Positions 39,349-48,217 of a stretch of 64,000 nucleotides of DNA are shown piece by piece. Below the pieces are notes generated by a model. That model had not been told where the DNA came from and made no database searches. It saw only the letters and a list, made by a program, of their open reading frames with translations. The DNA lies in sequence record NC_028999.1, one strand, 5' to 3'. Both the position numbers and the translations under genes were made by a program. How positions within the stretch are numbered: the stretch's first letter is position 1; each line of letters starts with the position of its first letter.

Positions 39349-39932
39349 ATATCAAGCTCTGTGATCGCCGAACTGCTGCATGGCGTCTATTTCATCTACA
39401 GTTTCCTGCCGTGGCTCCGTACATGGCAGGATTCTCAGCTGAGTACCTGCGTGACAACGCTATCAACGGTACGGGTGATAAATATGTAGACCGAGATAGG
39501 CAGAACGAACTCGTTCGTACAAGCCTAACAGCCGCGGCTATGGCCATGTTGATGGGTCAAGGTTACACCATTGGTTTGTTGAATTTCCAGGATTGCGTAC
39601 AAATTTACCATGACATCCAGCAGCACTTCGCTGACTGGCGTGATCAATGTGTATTTGGTGCGCATCCCAGTGGATTCCCGCCGATTGAAGACCTCCGTCT
39701 ATTTGAAGATCTGGCTTTAGAGGTCCATGGCCTGGCCAAAAAACTCGAACCAGCAGGGCGTAATTCCAGTCATGTCTTCGATAGCCTTTTGATGATGGCT
39801 CGCAAACGAAACCTCACTGCAACCAACCGATACTTCGATGGACTCCAAAAGAACGATGGGCAACTCAAGCCATACGTTTCTATAGTGGACGATATTGAAC
39901 GGTACGTAGTGGAGTCGCAAGATGTCCGTTGA
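39345..39932 (+). CDS. conserved hypothetical protein (gp100 position)
   Basis: ATGA overlap with the previous gene. Confidence 0.72.
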   Translation: MNIKLCDRRTAAWRLFHLQFPAVAPYMAGFSAEYLRDNAINGTGDKYVDRDRQNELVRTSLTAAAMAMLMGQGYTIGLLNFQDCVQIYHDIQQHFADWRDQCVFGAHPSGFPPIEDLRLFEDLALEVHGLAKKLEPAGRNSSHVFDSLLMMARKRNLTATNRYFDGLQKNDGQLKPYVSIVDDIERYVVESQDVR

Positions 39933-41307
39933 TAAAACGCTACTCATGCGTGAAGTGAATAATGTTATTCAGTCTGGTGATGGACATTACAACTTCCGCA
40001 TGGAGATAAAGATCCTTGCTAATAAGAAATGGATCACTCCAGTTCGGTTGGATCATTATCGCCTAGTGCGTGACTATTCATCTGGACAAGTGGGTGATGA
40101 TCGTACAGTAGAGTTCCTGATGAACTACGGGGACTTTGCCTACGACATCCTACCTTATCGTGATAACCTCATTGTGGAGTACACTGAAGTTCCGTTACGG
40201 GAAGTAAATTCTGCGCGGGACTGGGACAAGCGTTCGACTACGAAACGCTATCGGGGTATCCTCAACATGAGTGGTCAATCAAACCCTGCGTTATCTTCTA
40301 AGAACTCATTGCTGCAATCACGTGAAGCATTGAATCAGATCTCGATGATCCCCATTCAGATGCAGCTCGTAGATGAATTGACTTACCGTGTTATGATGGC
40401 GTCGTATGGCAACACATTTGTGAACATGACGACTAAAGACATGGTAATCGCATCACATCACGAGGTCTTTGCGGCATTGGGTGGCACGGATGATCAACGT
40501 TTATTGGGTTGGGATATTGCCGATGGCTGGAATCCAGATGTTCATTACCAGATCGGTTTGCCAGATGGTATCCGCTTAGCTGATATCCCTCGATTTCTAC
40601 AGAACGATGAAGGTGGAATTTACCCCACTGGGATGGGTCGATATATTCAGAATCAGATCTTCTACATGTATCCGTTGTTTGATACAACTAGATTCAATAA
40701 GAAGACTAGGGTTCTGAACCTGATCAATATTCCCAGTGACCGTTACGAAGGCGCTGAGAAGACGTATAAGAGCACTGACCGACATGTGACGGTGATAGCC
40801 ACCGGTAATGCATCTTCGCTCGATGACGGGCTTGCTACGGTCTTACAACAGGGTAATGGTGTTCGCTTTGGTAATGCTAACAACCTGTTGACAGATCAAG
40901 CTGTCACCAAAGACAACAAGATGTTAATGGACCGGGCATCTAACTTGTATGAAGTCAATATTGGAAATCTCCAAACTGGCTTTAACAACACCCGATGGGC
41001 AAATGAGCGGGTAACCGCCAACCCTTATAAACAGTATTCGATTATGGCACAACGCCAAGGCCAGCAATTGGATCTGGAATGGGTTAACGGTAATCCCGAT
41101 GAATTGTACCCTGGAATGCCAGTGAAGTTTTTTACCATATCTGGCGACACTGTAAAAATTTACCACGGTACCCTATTAGGTGTAGGTGAACAACGAACCG
41201 CTTCTGATGCGTCTCCAGTAGTCAATCGGCATGTCAGTAAGTGTCAGTTGTCCGTCTTTGTCAACCGGTTTGAAATCGTAGATGACACTATAAGCCCCAC
41301 CCCTTAA
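39922..41307 (+). CDS. virion structural protein, putative baseplate hub (phiKZ gp101-like)
   Basis: 461 aa; FLQNDEGGIYPTGMGRY, ELYPGMPVKF; synteny. Confidence 0.7.
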   Translation: MSVDKTLLMREVNNVIQSGDGHYNFRMEIKILANKKWITPVRLDHYRLVRDYSSGQVGDDRTVEFLMNYGDFAYDILPYRDNLIVEYTEVPLREVNSARDWDKRSTTKRYRGILNMSGQSNPALSSKNSLLQSREALNQISMIPIQMQLVDELTYRVMMASYGNTFVNMTTKDMVIASHHEVFAALGGTDDQRLLGWDIADGWNPDVHYQIGLPDGIRLADIPRFLQNDEGGIYPTGMGRYIQNQIFYMYPLFDTTRFNKKTRVLNLINIPSDRYEGAEKTYKSTDRHVTVIATGNASSLDDGLATVLQQGNGVRFGNANNLLTDQAVTKDNKMLMDRASNLYEVNIGNLQTGFNNTRWANERVTANPYKQYSIMAQRQGQQLDLEWVNGNPDELYPGMPVKFFTISGDTVKIYHGTLLGVGEQRTASDASPVVNRHVSKCQLSVFVNRFEIVDDTISPTP

Positions 41308-41336
41308 GTGGGGTGGGTTTATACCAGGTGACCACA

Positions 41337-41768
41337 ATGACAAACATTTATATAGCAATCGACCCGGCGTGGTCCTATGGGTTCCTAAGCGCGATATCTA
41401 ATCACATTACGTTAGATTTTAGCACGCAGAGCCGTCTCTACGAGCACGCGATGGATTTCATTCGTCTACGCCATAACTTCAACTGGAATCATGACGCTAT
41501 TGCTTTTAATACTGGTTATAACAGTATCATGATGGCGTTGCAAGAATATCCAATTGCTACGTCGTTCTTTGAGGGCATGTATCGGCAACTCTTCAATAAT
41601 TACCATCTTGCATTAAATAGCTTGGGTGGAGAGATTGCAAAGATAACAACCATTACCGATAGTGAAGGGCTGATTACCGGCATCGTCTGTCAGGTAGTGG
41701 AAACAATTCCACATATTCAAAGTGTTTTTAACCCTATATCACAGATGGGAATTAACTCCACCTGTTGA
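41337..41768 (+). CDS. hypothetical protein
   Basis: AGGTG RBS; 143 aa. Confidence 0.7.
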   Translation: MTNIYIAIDPAWSYGFLSAISNHITLDFSTQSRLYEHAMDFIRLRHNFNWNHDAIAFNTGYNSIMMALQEYPIATSFFEGMYRQLFNNYHLALNSLGGEIAKITTITDSEGLITGIVCQVVETIPHIQSVFNPISQMGINSTC

Positions 41769-41778
41769 GGTATAAGGG

Positions 41779-41919
41779 ATGCAAAAGGTACAGCAAACTG
41801 AAGAACTGCTTCCTCGTGAACAGAAGCCTCAGGTGCCCAAGAGCCTCATCGACTTACCGCACCTGGTTGTAATCTTCGTGGTGGCTCTTGCGGTCACTAT
41901 CTATCACAACGGCTTTTGA
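41779..41919 (+). CDS. small membrane protein (46 aa)
   Basis: Below the track cutoff; MQKVQQ...HLVVIFVVALAVTIYHNGF; AAGGG RBS. Confidence 0.6.
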   Translation: MQKVQQTEELLPREQKPQVPKSLIDLPHLVVIFVVALAVTIYHNGF

Positions 41920-41928
41920 GGTAGCAAT

Positions 41929-42099
41929 ATGTTCAACTTCTGGGATGATTCCAAAACCGAAGCAGAAAACGATCAGGCATCGAAGAAAGCTCGACATAAT
42001 AAGGATATCCTTCAGTTCCTGACCGCAGGCGTGGCGCTGGTGACAGGCGTTATTACCTGTGCTGTAGCGAGCAAAAAGTTGTTTGATGAAATGACTTAA
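41929..42099 (+). CDS. small membrane protein (56 aa)
   Basis: GAGGT RBS; MFNFWDD...FLTAGVALVTGVITCAVASKK. Confidence 0.6.
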   Translation: MFNFWDDSKTEAENDQASKKARHNKDILQFLTAGVALVTGVITCAVASKKLFDEMT

Positions 42100-42167
42100 T
42101 TTGGCGCTCAATCTAATGAGTGGGTGATGTCCGCTCACTCATTAGACAAGTTTAAGGAGCCATTTAA

Positions 42168-42650
42168 ATGGCTGAATTCATAATCGGTAAGGATATCTTC
42201 CAGGAGCCCGGAGATCTTTACGTCATAACCGTCAACACCGTTGGCGTGATGGGTGCCGGCGTTGCCAAAGCCTTTAGAGAGCGTCACCCTGACCTCTTTC
42301 AAAGGTACAAACATGATTGCAAGATGAAGATCATCCAGATCGGTCATCCTGTCATCTACAAAGGAGATGACAATAAACATTACATGATGTTCCCCACTAA
42401 GGAACGATGGCAAGATCCGTCTCTACCTTCTTACATATCTGCTGGTTTACAGTGGATGGTCGACAATATCGACGAGAATGCAGACGATGATTTCATCGAT
42501 TCCAAGTGGAAGATCGTCATGCCACCCTTAGGGTGTGGACATGGAAAACTACACTTCCCAGATGTCAGGGCAATGATTGAAGAGTTCTCTCAACACATTC
42601 CTAATCAACTGGTTGTGGTCTATCCTCCCTGGATGGAGTCCGTTGAGTAA
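42168..42650 (+). CDS. macrodomain ADP-ribosylhydrolase (DarG2/TARG1-like)
   Basis: VNTVGVMGAGVA, FPTK (catalytic Lys position), MPPLGCGHG. Confidence 0.88.
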   Translation: MAEFIIGKDIFQEPGDLYVITVNTVGVMGAGVAKAFRERHPDLFQRYKHDCKMKIIQIGHPVIYKGDDNKHYMMFPTKERWQDPSLPSYISAGLQWMVDNIDENADDDFIDSKWKIVMPPLGCGHGKLHFPDVRAMIEEFSQHIPNQLVVVYPPWMESVE

Positions 42651-42732
42651 TGCAACATAATGCCCCACCTAACGGGTGGGGATTATGCCGCTATTGGCTG
42701 AGCAGATTCGTATATTCAAAACATTTTAAACA

Positions 42733-42750
42733 CTATATTACAAATGTGAT
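42733..42750 (+). promoter_or_regulatory. early (virion RNAP) promoter
   Basis: CTATATTAC-AAAT-GTGAT; contains the phiKZ early motif TATATTAC. Confidence 0.8.
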
Positions 42751-42781
42751 ATTAGCCTAGTTAATCAACGGAGTAATCCCC

Positions 42782-42889
42782 ATGGGCATTGCTAAGTTCT
42801 GCTTTAAACTCGGTCTGGCAGTCGTGATCATTAACGCAGCCTGGTGGGCCGTTGATACCATCTTCGAAGAGGAAACCACAGATGTCTGA
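42782..42889 (+). CDS. small membrane peptide (35 aa)
   Basis: GGAG RBS; MGIAKFCFKLGLAVVIINAAWWAVDTIFEEETTDV. Confidence 0.6.
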   Translation: MGIAKFCFKLGLAVVIINAAWWAVDTIFEEETTDV

Positions 42890-42986
42890 CTACATCAAGT
42901 TCAACCTGAAAGTAGTACTGGGCATAGTAGCCTGTTACTATGCTTTGAAAACCACCAACTTCATCGTAGAAGAAATCATCGGTTAA
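42882..42986 (+). CDS. small membrane peptide (34 aa)
   Basis: GAGGA RBS; MSDYIKFNLKVVLGIVACYYALKTTNFIVEEIIG. Confidence 0.6.
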   Translation: MSDYIKFNLKVVLGIVACYYALKTTNFIVEEIIG

Positions 42987-42991
42987 GTGTC

Positions 42992-43321
42992 ATGAACTGG
43001 TACTTCAAATCAGTTCTGGCACTTACAGGGGTTATGACCGTTTTGGGTGCAGGCATAGGCCTTCTCGCCTGGCGACATATCTCTACGATCAACAAATTGT
43101 ATTCCCAAGGTTGGGAGTACCTCAACAAGATCCATGACCAACTTCTGAGTGATGGGTACTACCATCATTCGCACTGGCAACGCCGCAAGAGTCTCTTGTG
43201 GCAAGAAGCAGCAGCTGGAATCGAAGAGATTTTAGCTGCGTACCCCGCGAGCATAAAAGACCATGTTCGCGAACACCTACGCTACGATTCACGTCGGATC
43301 GTTAACTGTGATACTCACTGA
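42992..43321 (+). CDS. N-anchored membrane protein
   Basis: N-terminal TM segment SVLALTGVMTVLGAGIGLLAW. Confidence 0.7.
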   Translation: MNWYFKSVLALTGVMTVLGAGIGLLAWRHISTINKLYSQGWEYLNKIHDQLLSDGYYHHSHWQRRKSLLWQEAAAGIEEILAAYPASIKDHVREHLRYDSRRIVNCDTH

Positions 43322-43336
43322 AAAGGAAACTGCACC

Positions 43337-43492
43337 ATGAAACAAGCTCTCATCATCGCTGGTATCGTTACCTCCATCGGCGCTGCTGCCTTCGCCGGCT
43401 ACAAGTACTTCACCGGCAACGACGCCGACTCGGCGGGCGACACCCCGGCAGCTCCCGAAGCCGCCACTGAAGAAACCCCCGCTACTGAATAA
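43337..43492 (+). CDS. small N-anchored membrane protein with acidic tail (51 aa)
   Basis: AAGGA RBS; MKQALIIAGIVTSIGAAAFAGYKYF... Confidence 0.7.
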   Translation: MKQALIIAGIVTSIGAAAFAGYKYFTGNDADSAGDTPAAPEAATEETPATE

Positions 43493-43535
43493 GTAGCGGT
43501 TCACCTTCCACACCATTTCAAGTAAGGAAAGCAAT

Positions 43536-43838
43536 ATGTTCGGTTCTCTCGTAAAAGGTGCTCTGCTGATGGTCGTCGGAGCGGCTGGTCTGACTGCCAT
43601 GATGGTGTGGTCGGATGACGCTATCTCGAATGAGCTCCTGCGTGAGTTCAACGATTACGTCAAGTCTCTACCCGAAGATCTCGTCGGTGAAGAGCGTAAC
43701 AAAACCATCCATAGCTATGTCGAGCGTCGCATGAAAGAAATCCGCAGCGCTCTCAGCATGGCTCGTAACCTGTGTGAATTGGAGGAAAAGGTACAAGCCT
43801 TCCTCCAGAAGAACATCACTCCGGTTCCGGCAGAGTAA
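43536..43838 (+). CDS. N-anchored membrane protein
   Basis: TM segment GALLMVVGAAGLTAMMVW; AAGGA RBS. Confidence 0.75.
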   Translation: MFGSLVKGALLMVVGAAGLTAMMVWSDDAISNELLREFNDYVKSLPEDLVGEERNKTIHSYVERRMKEIRSALSMARNLCELEEKVQAFLQKNITPVPAE

Positions 43839-43892
43839 CCCCTAGGGGGCCTTCGGGCCCCCATCTCCTTTGTAATGTATCTTTTCTGAAGG

Positions 43893-43910
43893 CTATATTA
43901 CAAAAGTGAT
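43893..43910 (+). promoter_or_regulatory. early promoter
   Basis: CTATATTAC-AAAA-GTGAT. Confidence 0.8.
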
Positions 43911-43938
43911 ATTACCCAATTCAATCGAGGATTTAATC

Positions 43939-44091
43939 ATGAAAGCAATTGCCCTGGTATTCGTAGGTATGGTTCTTGGCGGCCTGTTCGTTAACGCTAA
44001 GTACGATACCCCCAAAGCATCTGAAGAGCAAGTTGTACTCGGTACCCGGATCGGTTCTCTGGGTCAAGAGATCTTGGTTGTTAAGAACTAA
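43939..44091 (+). CDS. small membrane protein (50 aa)
   Basis: GAGGA RBS; MKAIALVFVGMVLGGLFV. Confidence 0.65.
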   Translation: MKAIALVFVGMVLGGLFVNAKYDTPKASEEQVVLGTRIGSLGQEILVVKN

Positions 44092-44130
44092 GTAATACCC
44101 CCTTCAAATAAACAATAGGAAAATACAATC

Positions 44131-44487
44131 ATGGCTCGCTCCCTCTCTGACTACGTCGTAGAAGAAATCGTTTATCCGACCGTCATCGGTCTGTCTATCG
44201 CCGGCGTTCTGATCGGCATCAATGAGGCTGTCAAATGGTGGAACCGTCCCACCGATAAGGACATCGTCGAAGAATACTGTATCAAGATCGATGAGATCGT
44301 TCAGCGCCACAAGAACCGTGTCGTCGCTCGCGAGGGGGATCGCATCATCGCCGTCAACACCGCTTACCGTGCCCTGATGCTTCGCCTCGCCGTGGAATAC
44401 CAGGGTAACGAACTGGAAGAAGTTCGTAAGACCATCCGTGCACATTACGAAATGCGTGCGAAAGAAAACGGTTGGGAAATCAACTAA
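44131..44487 (+). CDS. N-anchored membrane protein
   Basis: TM segment VYPTVIGLSIAGVLIGI. Confidence 0.75.
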   Translation: MARSLSDYVVEEIVYPTVIGLSIAGVLIGINEAVKWWNRPTDKDIVEEYCIKIDEIVQRHKNRVVAREGDRIIAVNTAYRALMLRLAVEYQGNELEEVRKTIRAHYEMRAKENGWEIN

Positions 44488-44552
44488 GCGCGATGGGGTA
44501 GGCGAAAGCTTACCCCCTGTTATACCTTCAATTTTTAATAGGAATCTTCAAA

Positions 44553-44933
44553 ATGAAAACAGTCTCGATCGTGGCCATCACTATTTCAGCTGTAGTCGCT
44601 GTTGGTTTCACCGCAGCGGCTATCTATACCCACAACCGTAACGAAGCTCGCATCGAAAAACGCGATGCATTCATCGACAGCATTTGCGGCGATCTCGCCG
44701 AAGCAGTTGCTAAGTACAAGCGTACCGCTGACTACGACAAACTCGTGGACAGTCTGCGTGAAGACGGTCTCTCTCCGGAAGACCTCGTCAATCGCGTGCG
44801 CTTTGCTGTAGCCGCCAAACTGCTTCCGCGGTTCGAGAAGCGTTTGGAAAAGAACAAGGATGAATACTCCGAAGAAGACTTCGGTATCATCCTGTCCCGT
44901 CTCCACACCTTCACCAAGCGAGTTATCTACTAA
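44553..44933 (+). CDS. N-anchored membrane protein
   Basis: TM segment VSIVAITISAVVAVGFTAAAIY. Confidence 0.75.
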   Translation: MKTVSIVAITISAVVAVGFTAAAIYTHNRNEARIEKRDAFIDSICGDLAEAVAKYKRTADYDKLVDSLREDGLSPEDLVNRVRFAVAAKLLPRFEKRLEKNKDEYSEEDFGIILSRLHTFTKRVIY

Positions 44934-45115
44934 TGAAATACCTCACTCAAGCCCTCGTTGTAATCTTCCTCGGTGCCAGCGTTGCTGTGGGTAACGCTTA
45001 CGTCGATCTGACCAAGCCGGAAGGCAAAGTCAGTAAAGAAACCCAAGCACTCTGCGACAAGCGTGACCAGAAGTGTCAGCAGTTTGTGATCGTCTTCCAG
45101 GAGAAGTTCAAGTGA
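44933..45115 (+). CDS. small membrane or exported protein
   Basis: TAATG overlap; TM segment ALVVIFLGASVAVG. Confidence 0.7.
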   Translation: MKYLTQALVVIFLGASVAVGNAYVDLTKPEGKVSKETQALCDKRDQKCQQFVIVFQEKFK

Positions 45116-45234
45116 TCCAACAACCTTACCGTCGCACAGCGGCCGAGTTCTCCATCAATCAAGGAACTGAACAGAAACAAGCTGCCGGTTTCACCAGCGC
45201 CTATTATGTCTTCGCTGACATTAAAGGCGACACC

Positions 45235-45531
45235 ATGCTGGACTGGATCGAATACCAGATGAACCGTCTGATGCCTCTGGAGGTCCGTAACCATAACCAC
45301 AGCTACAAGGACATGTTCTGGATGTTCCATGACCAGGGCTTGTTCAAAGAGCCGGTAAACGCTGAGTTCTTCTATCGGATCATCCCGATCCACAAGCGCC
45401 GTTTCCGCAAGCTGCTGCGCCGCGTAGCCGGCGCCTGTCGTATCAAGGGTGGCGGTTACAAGGGCGTGGATTGCATGGTGGTTCCTGATGCAGTGGTCGA
45501 CACCATGAACGCCTGGGTCAATGAAGGCTAA
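45235..45531 (+). CDS. hypothetical early protein
   Basis: AAAGG RBS before MLDWIEYQM. Confidence 0.7.
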   Translation: MLDWIEYQMNRLMPLEVRNHNHSYKDMFWMFHDQGLFKEPVNAEFFYRIIPIHKRRFRKLLRRVAGACRIKGGGYKGVDCMVVPDAVVDTMNAWVNEG

Positions 45532-45565
45532 ACGTCCGCAGATCTACCGAAGGAAATCCGTAACA

Positions 45566-45859
45566 ATGACCGATAAATACGAATCTCCGGTTAGCACACC
45601 GGATAAGCTTTACATCAACGGCTACAACGTCACCGCCCTGACGGACCTGATCGAACAAATACGCGATCACTTCGGGGATGAAACGTTCCTGGAACAGATC
45701 TCCATCGATACCGAGCAGGTTCAAGTCGCCGGTTGCAGCTGTTGCCCTGGTGGTGCTGTCTACAACACCTACTACGTTATCACCCGTGAGCCTGTGGGGG
45801 ATAACGTACGTAACTCGGCTACCATGCTGGGTGGTATCCTTCAGGAAACTGACGGATGA
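45566..45859 (+). CDS. hypothetical early protein with CxCC motif
   Basis: AAGGA upstream; GCSCCPGG. Confidence 0.65.
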   Translation: MTDKYESPVSTPDKLYINGYNVTALTDLIEQIRDHFGDETFLEQISIDTEQVQVAGCSCCPGGAVYNTYYVITREPVGDNVRNSATMLGGILQETDG

Positions 45860-46083
45860 GTTACCGTTTCCGTCAGATAACCTCGACAGAGGCACGTGAG
45901 CTCCCTAACGGTGAGTATGACACGTGCCCACTACATGGCCCTCAGGTGTACATGCCTGAGCGTCGTGTACGGGTGAAGAATGGTTCTGTGCGGTTACTGG
46001 CGTACATCGATGATGACATGCTGGCATTCAGTGCACCGTTCTTCTTTGAAGTCAACGTTTTAGTGGAGAAGCAAGATGGGTAA
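45856..46083 (+). CDS. hypothetical early protein
   Basis: ATGA overlap. Confidence 0.65.
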   Translation: MSYRFRQITSTEARELPNGEYDTCPLHGPQVYMPERRVRVKNGSVRLLAYIDDDMLAFSAPFFFEVNVLVEKQDG

Positions 46084-46243
46084 GAAATTATTCGACCATG
46101 TCCGCAGTCAATGGTTAATGGCCACCTGCTTCGCTGTAGCTGATTCGGTTCTGTATGGTGATGCTTTCGCACGGAATAGCATCAAAGAAGCAGAAGACAA
46201 CCTTCGGGAAACGGCGGCTAAGATCATTGCAGGTGACTACTGA
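46076..46243 (+). CDS. hypothetical early protein (55 aa)
   Basis: GGAG RBS; MGKKLFDHVRSQW; fills the gap between coupled genes. Confidence 0.6.
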   Translation: MGKKLFDHVRSQWLMATCFAVADSVLYGDAFARNSIKEAEDNLRETAAKIIAGDY

Positions 46244-46428
46244 TGGCTTCGCGTATTTCCAAAGGTAAACGTCGGTACCTGATGCAGTTGGTTAAGTCGG
46301 GTGCTATGCGTTATAAAAGTATCTGGCAGGCTGCTTGCGGTATGTACGGCCTCAATATGCATCTCGAAGGCACGTCAGAATCGCGTGAAGCCATCTACCG
46401 TCGATTCCTGGAAGAGGAAGAGCAATGA
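46243..46428 (+). CDS. hypothetical basic early protein
   Basis: TGATG overlap. Confidence 0.65.
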   Translation: MASRISKGKRRYLMQLVKSGAMRYKSIWQAACGMYGLNMHLEGTSESREAIYRRFLEEEEQ

Positions 46429-46658
46429 GCCTCAACTACAGCGGCTACAGCGTTACCTTTAACGTTACGCACAACGGTGTCCAAAAAGCGTTCACTGGGT
46501 TCACTGAACCGACTGGTGATGCTGAGGAGGACAAGAAGATCGCTACTCGTAAAGCCATGGAGCAATTCATGGCCTCCGAGCAGTTCGGTCAGATGACCTA
46601 TGGCTTGATGGACGAGTTCAACATCAAGGTCACCACGCTGGTACACACCAGCATGTAA
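46425..46658 (+). CDS. hypothetical early protein
   Basis: ATGA overlap; GAGGA RBS. Confidence 0.7.
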   Translation: MSLNYSGYSVTFNVTHNGVQKAFTGFTEPTGDAEEDKKIATRKAMEQFMASEQFGQMTYGLMDEFNIKVTTLVHTSM

Positions 46659-46725
46659 AGAGTAATATACGTGTACTCGTATCCTAAACAGATACGAGTG
46701 CATTATTTTATTCCGTGAGGTAGGT

Positions 46726-46962
46726 ATGTTTATTAATGTGATCGCTCAAATCCAGGGTCAGAGTAGAACGGTGGATGTAATCGTCAGTGAGCCTAATAGC
46801 CTCGTTGAACTATTGACGATTTATCAGAAGTCGGATAAGGTTAAAGCTTATCGGGTTATTCCACAAGACTGCCCACCAGTAAAGAACTTCTATACCGATT
46901 TCGGTTGGGGTAACGCGTATTTTGATAAGAACCAACCTGATAAATTTGATTGGACCGATTAA
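46726..46962 (+). CDS. hypothetical early protein
   Basis: GAGGTAGG RBS. Confidence 0.65.
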   Translation: MFINVIAQIQGQSRTVDVIVSEPNSLVELLTIYQKSDKVKAYRVIPQDCPPVKNFYTDFGWGNAYFDKNQPDKFDWTD

Positions 46963-47006
46963 CATGTCTAAAGAGGAAGGGCTGACCTACGTCGTCCCGC
47001 CGTACG

Positions 47007-47240
47007 ATGAACTCTGACAAGCTACGGGGAATACTGGCTAACCACGGTATACTCCCTACACTGTTCGTTGAGAGTTCAGATATACGTATTGCCAACTTCC
47101 GGTTCCAACGGCATAAAACTCAGGTTCTCAAACCTGGTGGACCTGGTTATCGGAAATGGATTGACGTGGATTCACTGGACTGGGTAGAAGTCGAGTTCCA
47201 CCTCAACAAATTCCTCAAGGAGAATGGTCTCGATGGATGA
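47007..47240 (+). CDS. hypothetical early protein
   Basis: 77-aa ORF, co-oriented in the cluster. Confidence 0.55.
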   Translation: MNSDKLRGILANHGILPTLFVESSDIRIANFRFQRHKTQVLKPGGPGYRKWIDVDSLDWVEVEFHLNKFLKENGLDG

Positions 47241-47688
47241 CCTCATGATCAACCACAACTACGGAAAACCCATGAACGAAACGCCAGCTATACGGATCTC
47301 GGATCTGCCAGTACTGGACGATCGCCAGATCAATCAGGCGATTGCCAATCTGGATACATTGGCCATTCCGTCTGCTGAACAGGTCATTAAAACGATCGAT
47401 GAGCAGGAGCGTATCCGTCAGACACCGCTGTTTGACACCTTCGTCAAGGACATGGTAGCCAAGCTCAATGATCCGGTGTTTCTACATCGTGAGAAACACC
47501 ATTTCTCCTCGGGTAAGGGCTACGTCTTCGAGTACAAGGATAACATGCCCGCCCCGTTGTTCGAATACCTTTGCAGTCAGTTTGGCAAAGCCGGCTGGGC
47601 GGCGGTTACCAGGACCAATGGTAACGAGCGCGCGGCAACTGGCCGAACGACTTCCATCTACGTCATCTACGATGATTGCGACGAGTAA
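47233..47688 (+). CDS. hypothetical early protein
   Basis: AAGGAG RBS. Confidence 0.7.
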   Translation: MDDLMINHNYGKPMNETPAIRISDLPVLDDRQINQAIANLDTLAIPSAEQVIKTIDEQERIRQTPLFDTFVKDMVAKLNDPVFLHREKHHFSSGKGYVFEYKDNMPAPLFEYLCSQFGKAGWAAVTRTNGNERAATGRTTSIYVIYDDCDE

Positions 47689-47696
47689 GTGCAACC

Positions 47697-47909
47697 ATGA
47701 TTGATAAAGAAGCGGTTTTCAAGACCGAGGAAGAAATCCTCATGAAAGGCGATCTCGTGATGTGCCGCGAGTATGGCCTGTCACCCAACGGCAATCCCCT
47801 CAATGGGGTCTGGGTGATCCGCAACCGCAAGACTGGTCAGTACATCGACCATGACCGCTACAGCAATGACCTCAAAGAGCGTCACGACTTCCACCCCAAC
47901 GTGAGTTAA
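47697..47909 (+). CDS. hypothetical early protein
   Basis: 70-aa ORF with consistent codon usage. Confidence 0.65.
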   Translation: MIDKEAVFKTEEEILMKGDLVMCREYGLSPNGNPLNGVWVIRNRKTGQYIDHDRYSNDLKERHDFHPNVS

Positions 47910-47920
47910 AGGAGTAATAC

Positions 47921-48181
47921 ATGGGTACTCATATTTCCGGTGACTACACCGAAATCAATTTCCTGGAGTTCCACAACCGTAAAAAGCAACTCCCCAGTGG
48001 CATCTACCTCGTGGTTGAACACGATGGTAGTCACAACGTCGCTCGTGTTACCAGCAACGGTCTCTGGAATGAGATCGACTGGTTCTCGGTACAAGAGTGG
48101 GAAGATCTGCAACAACGTGAGCATCAAGCACGTATGGATGATGCTGCGCTCGACGCCATCATGCGTTTCGATCCCCTTTAA
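47921..48181 (+). CDS. hypothetical early protein
   Basis: AAGGAG RBS. Confidence 0.7.
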   Translation: MGTHISGDYTEINFLEFHNRKKQLPSGIYLVVEHDGSHNVARVTSNGLWNEIDWFSVQEWEDLQQREHQARMDDAALDAIMRFDPL

Positions 48182-48217
48182 CAACCGTCATTCAATTAGT
48201 AATAGGAAAATTTAATC

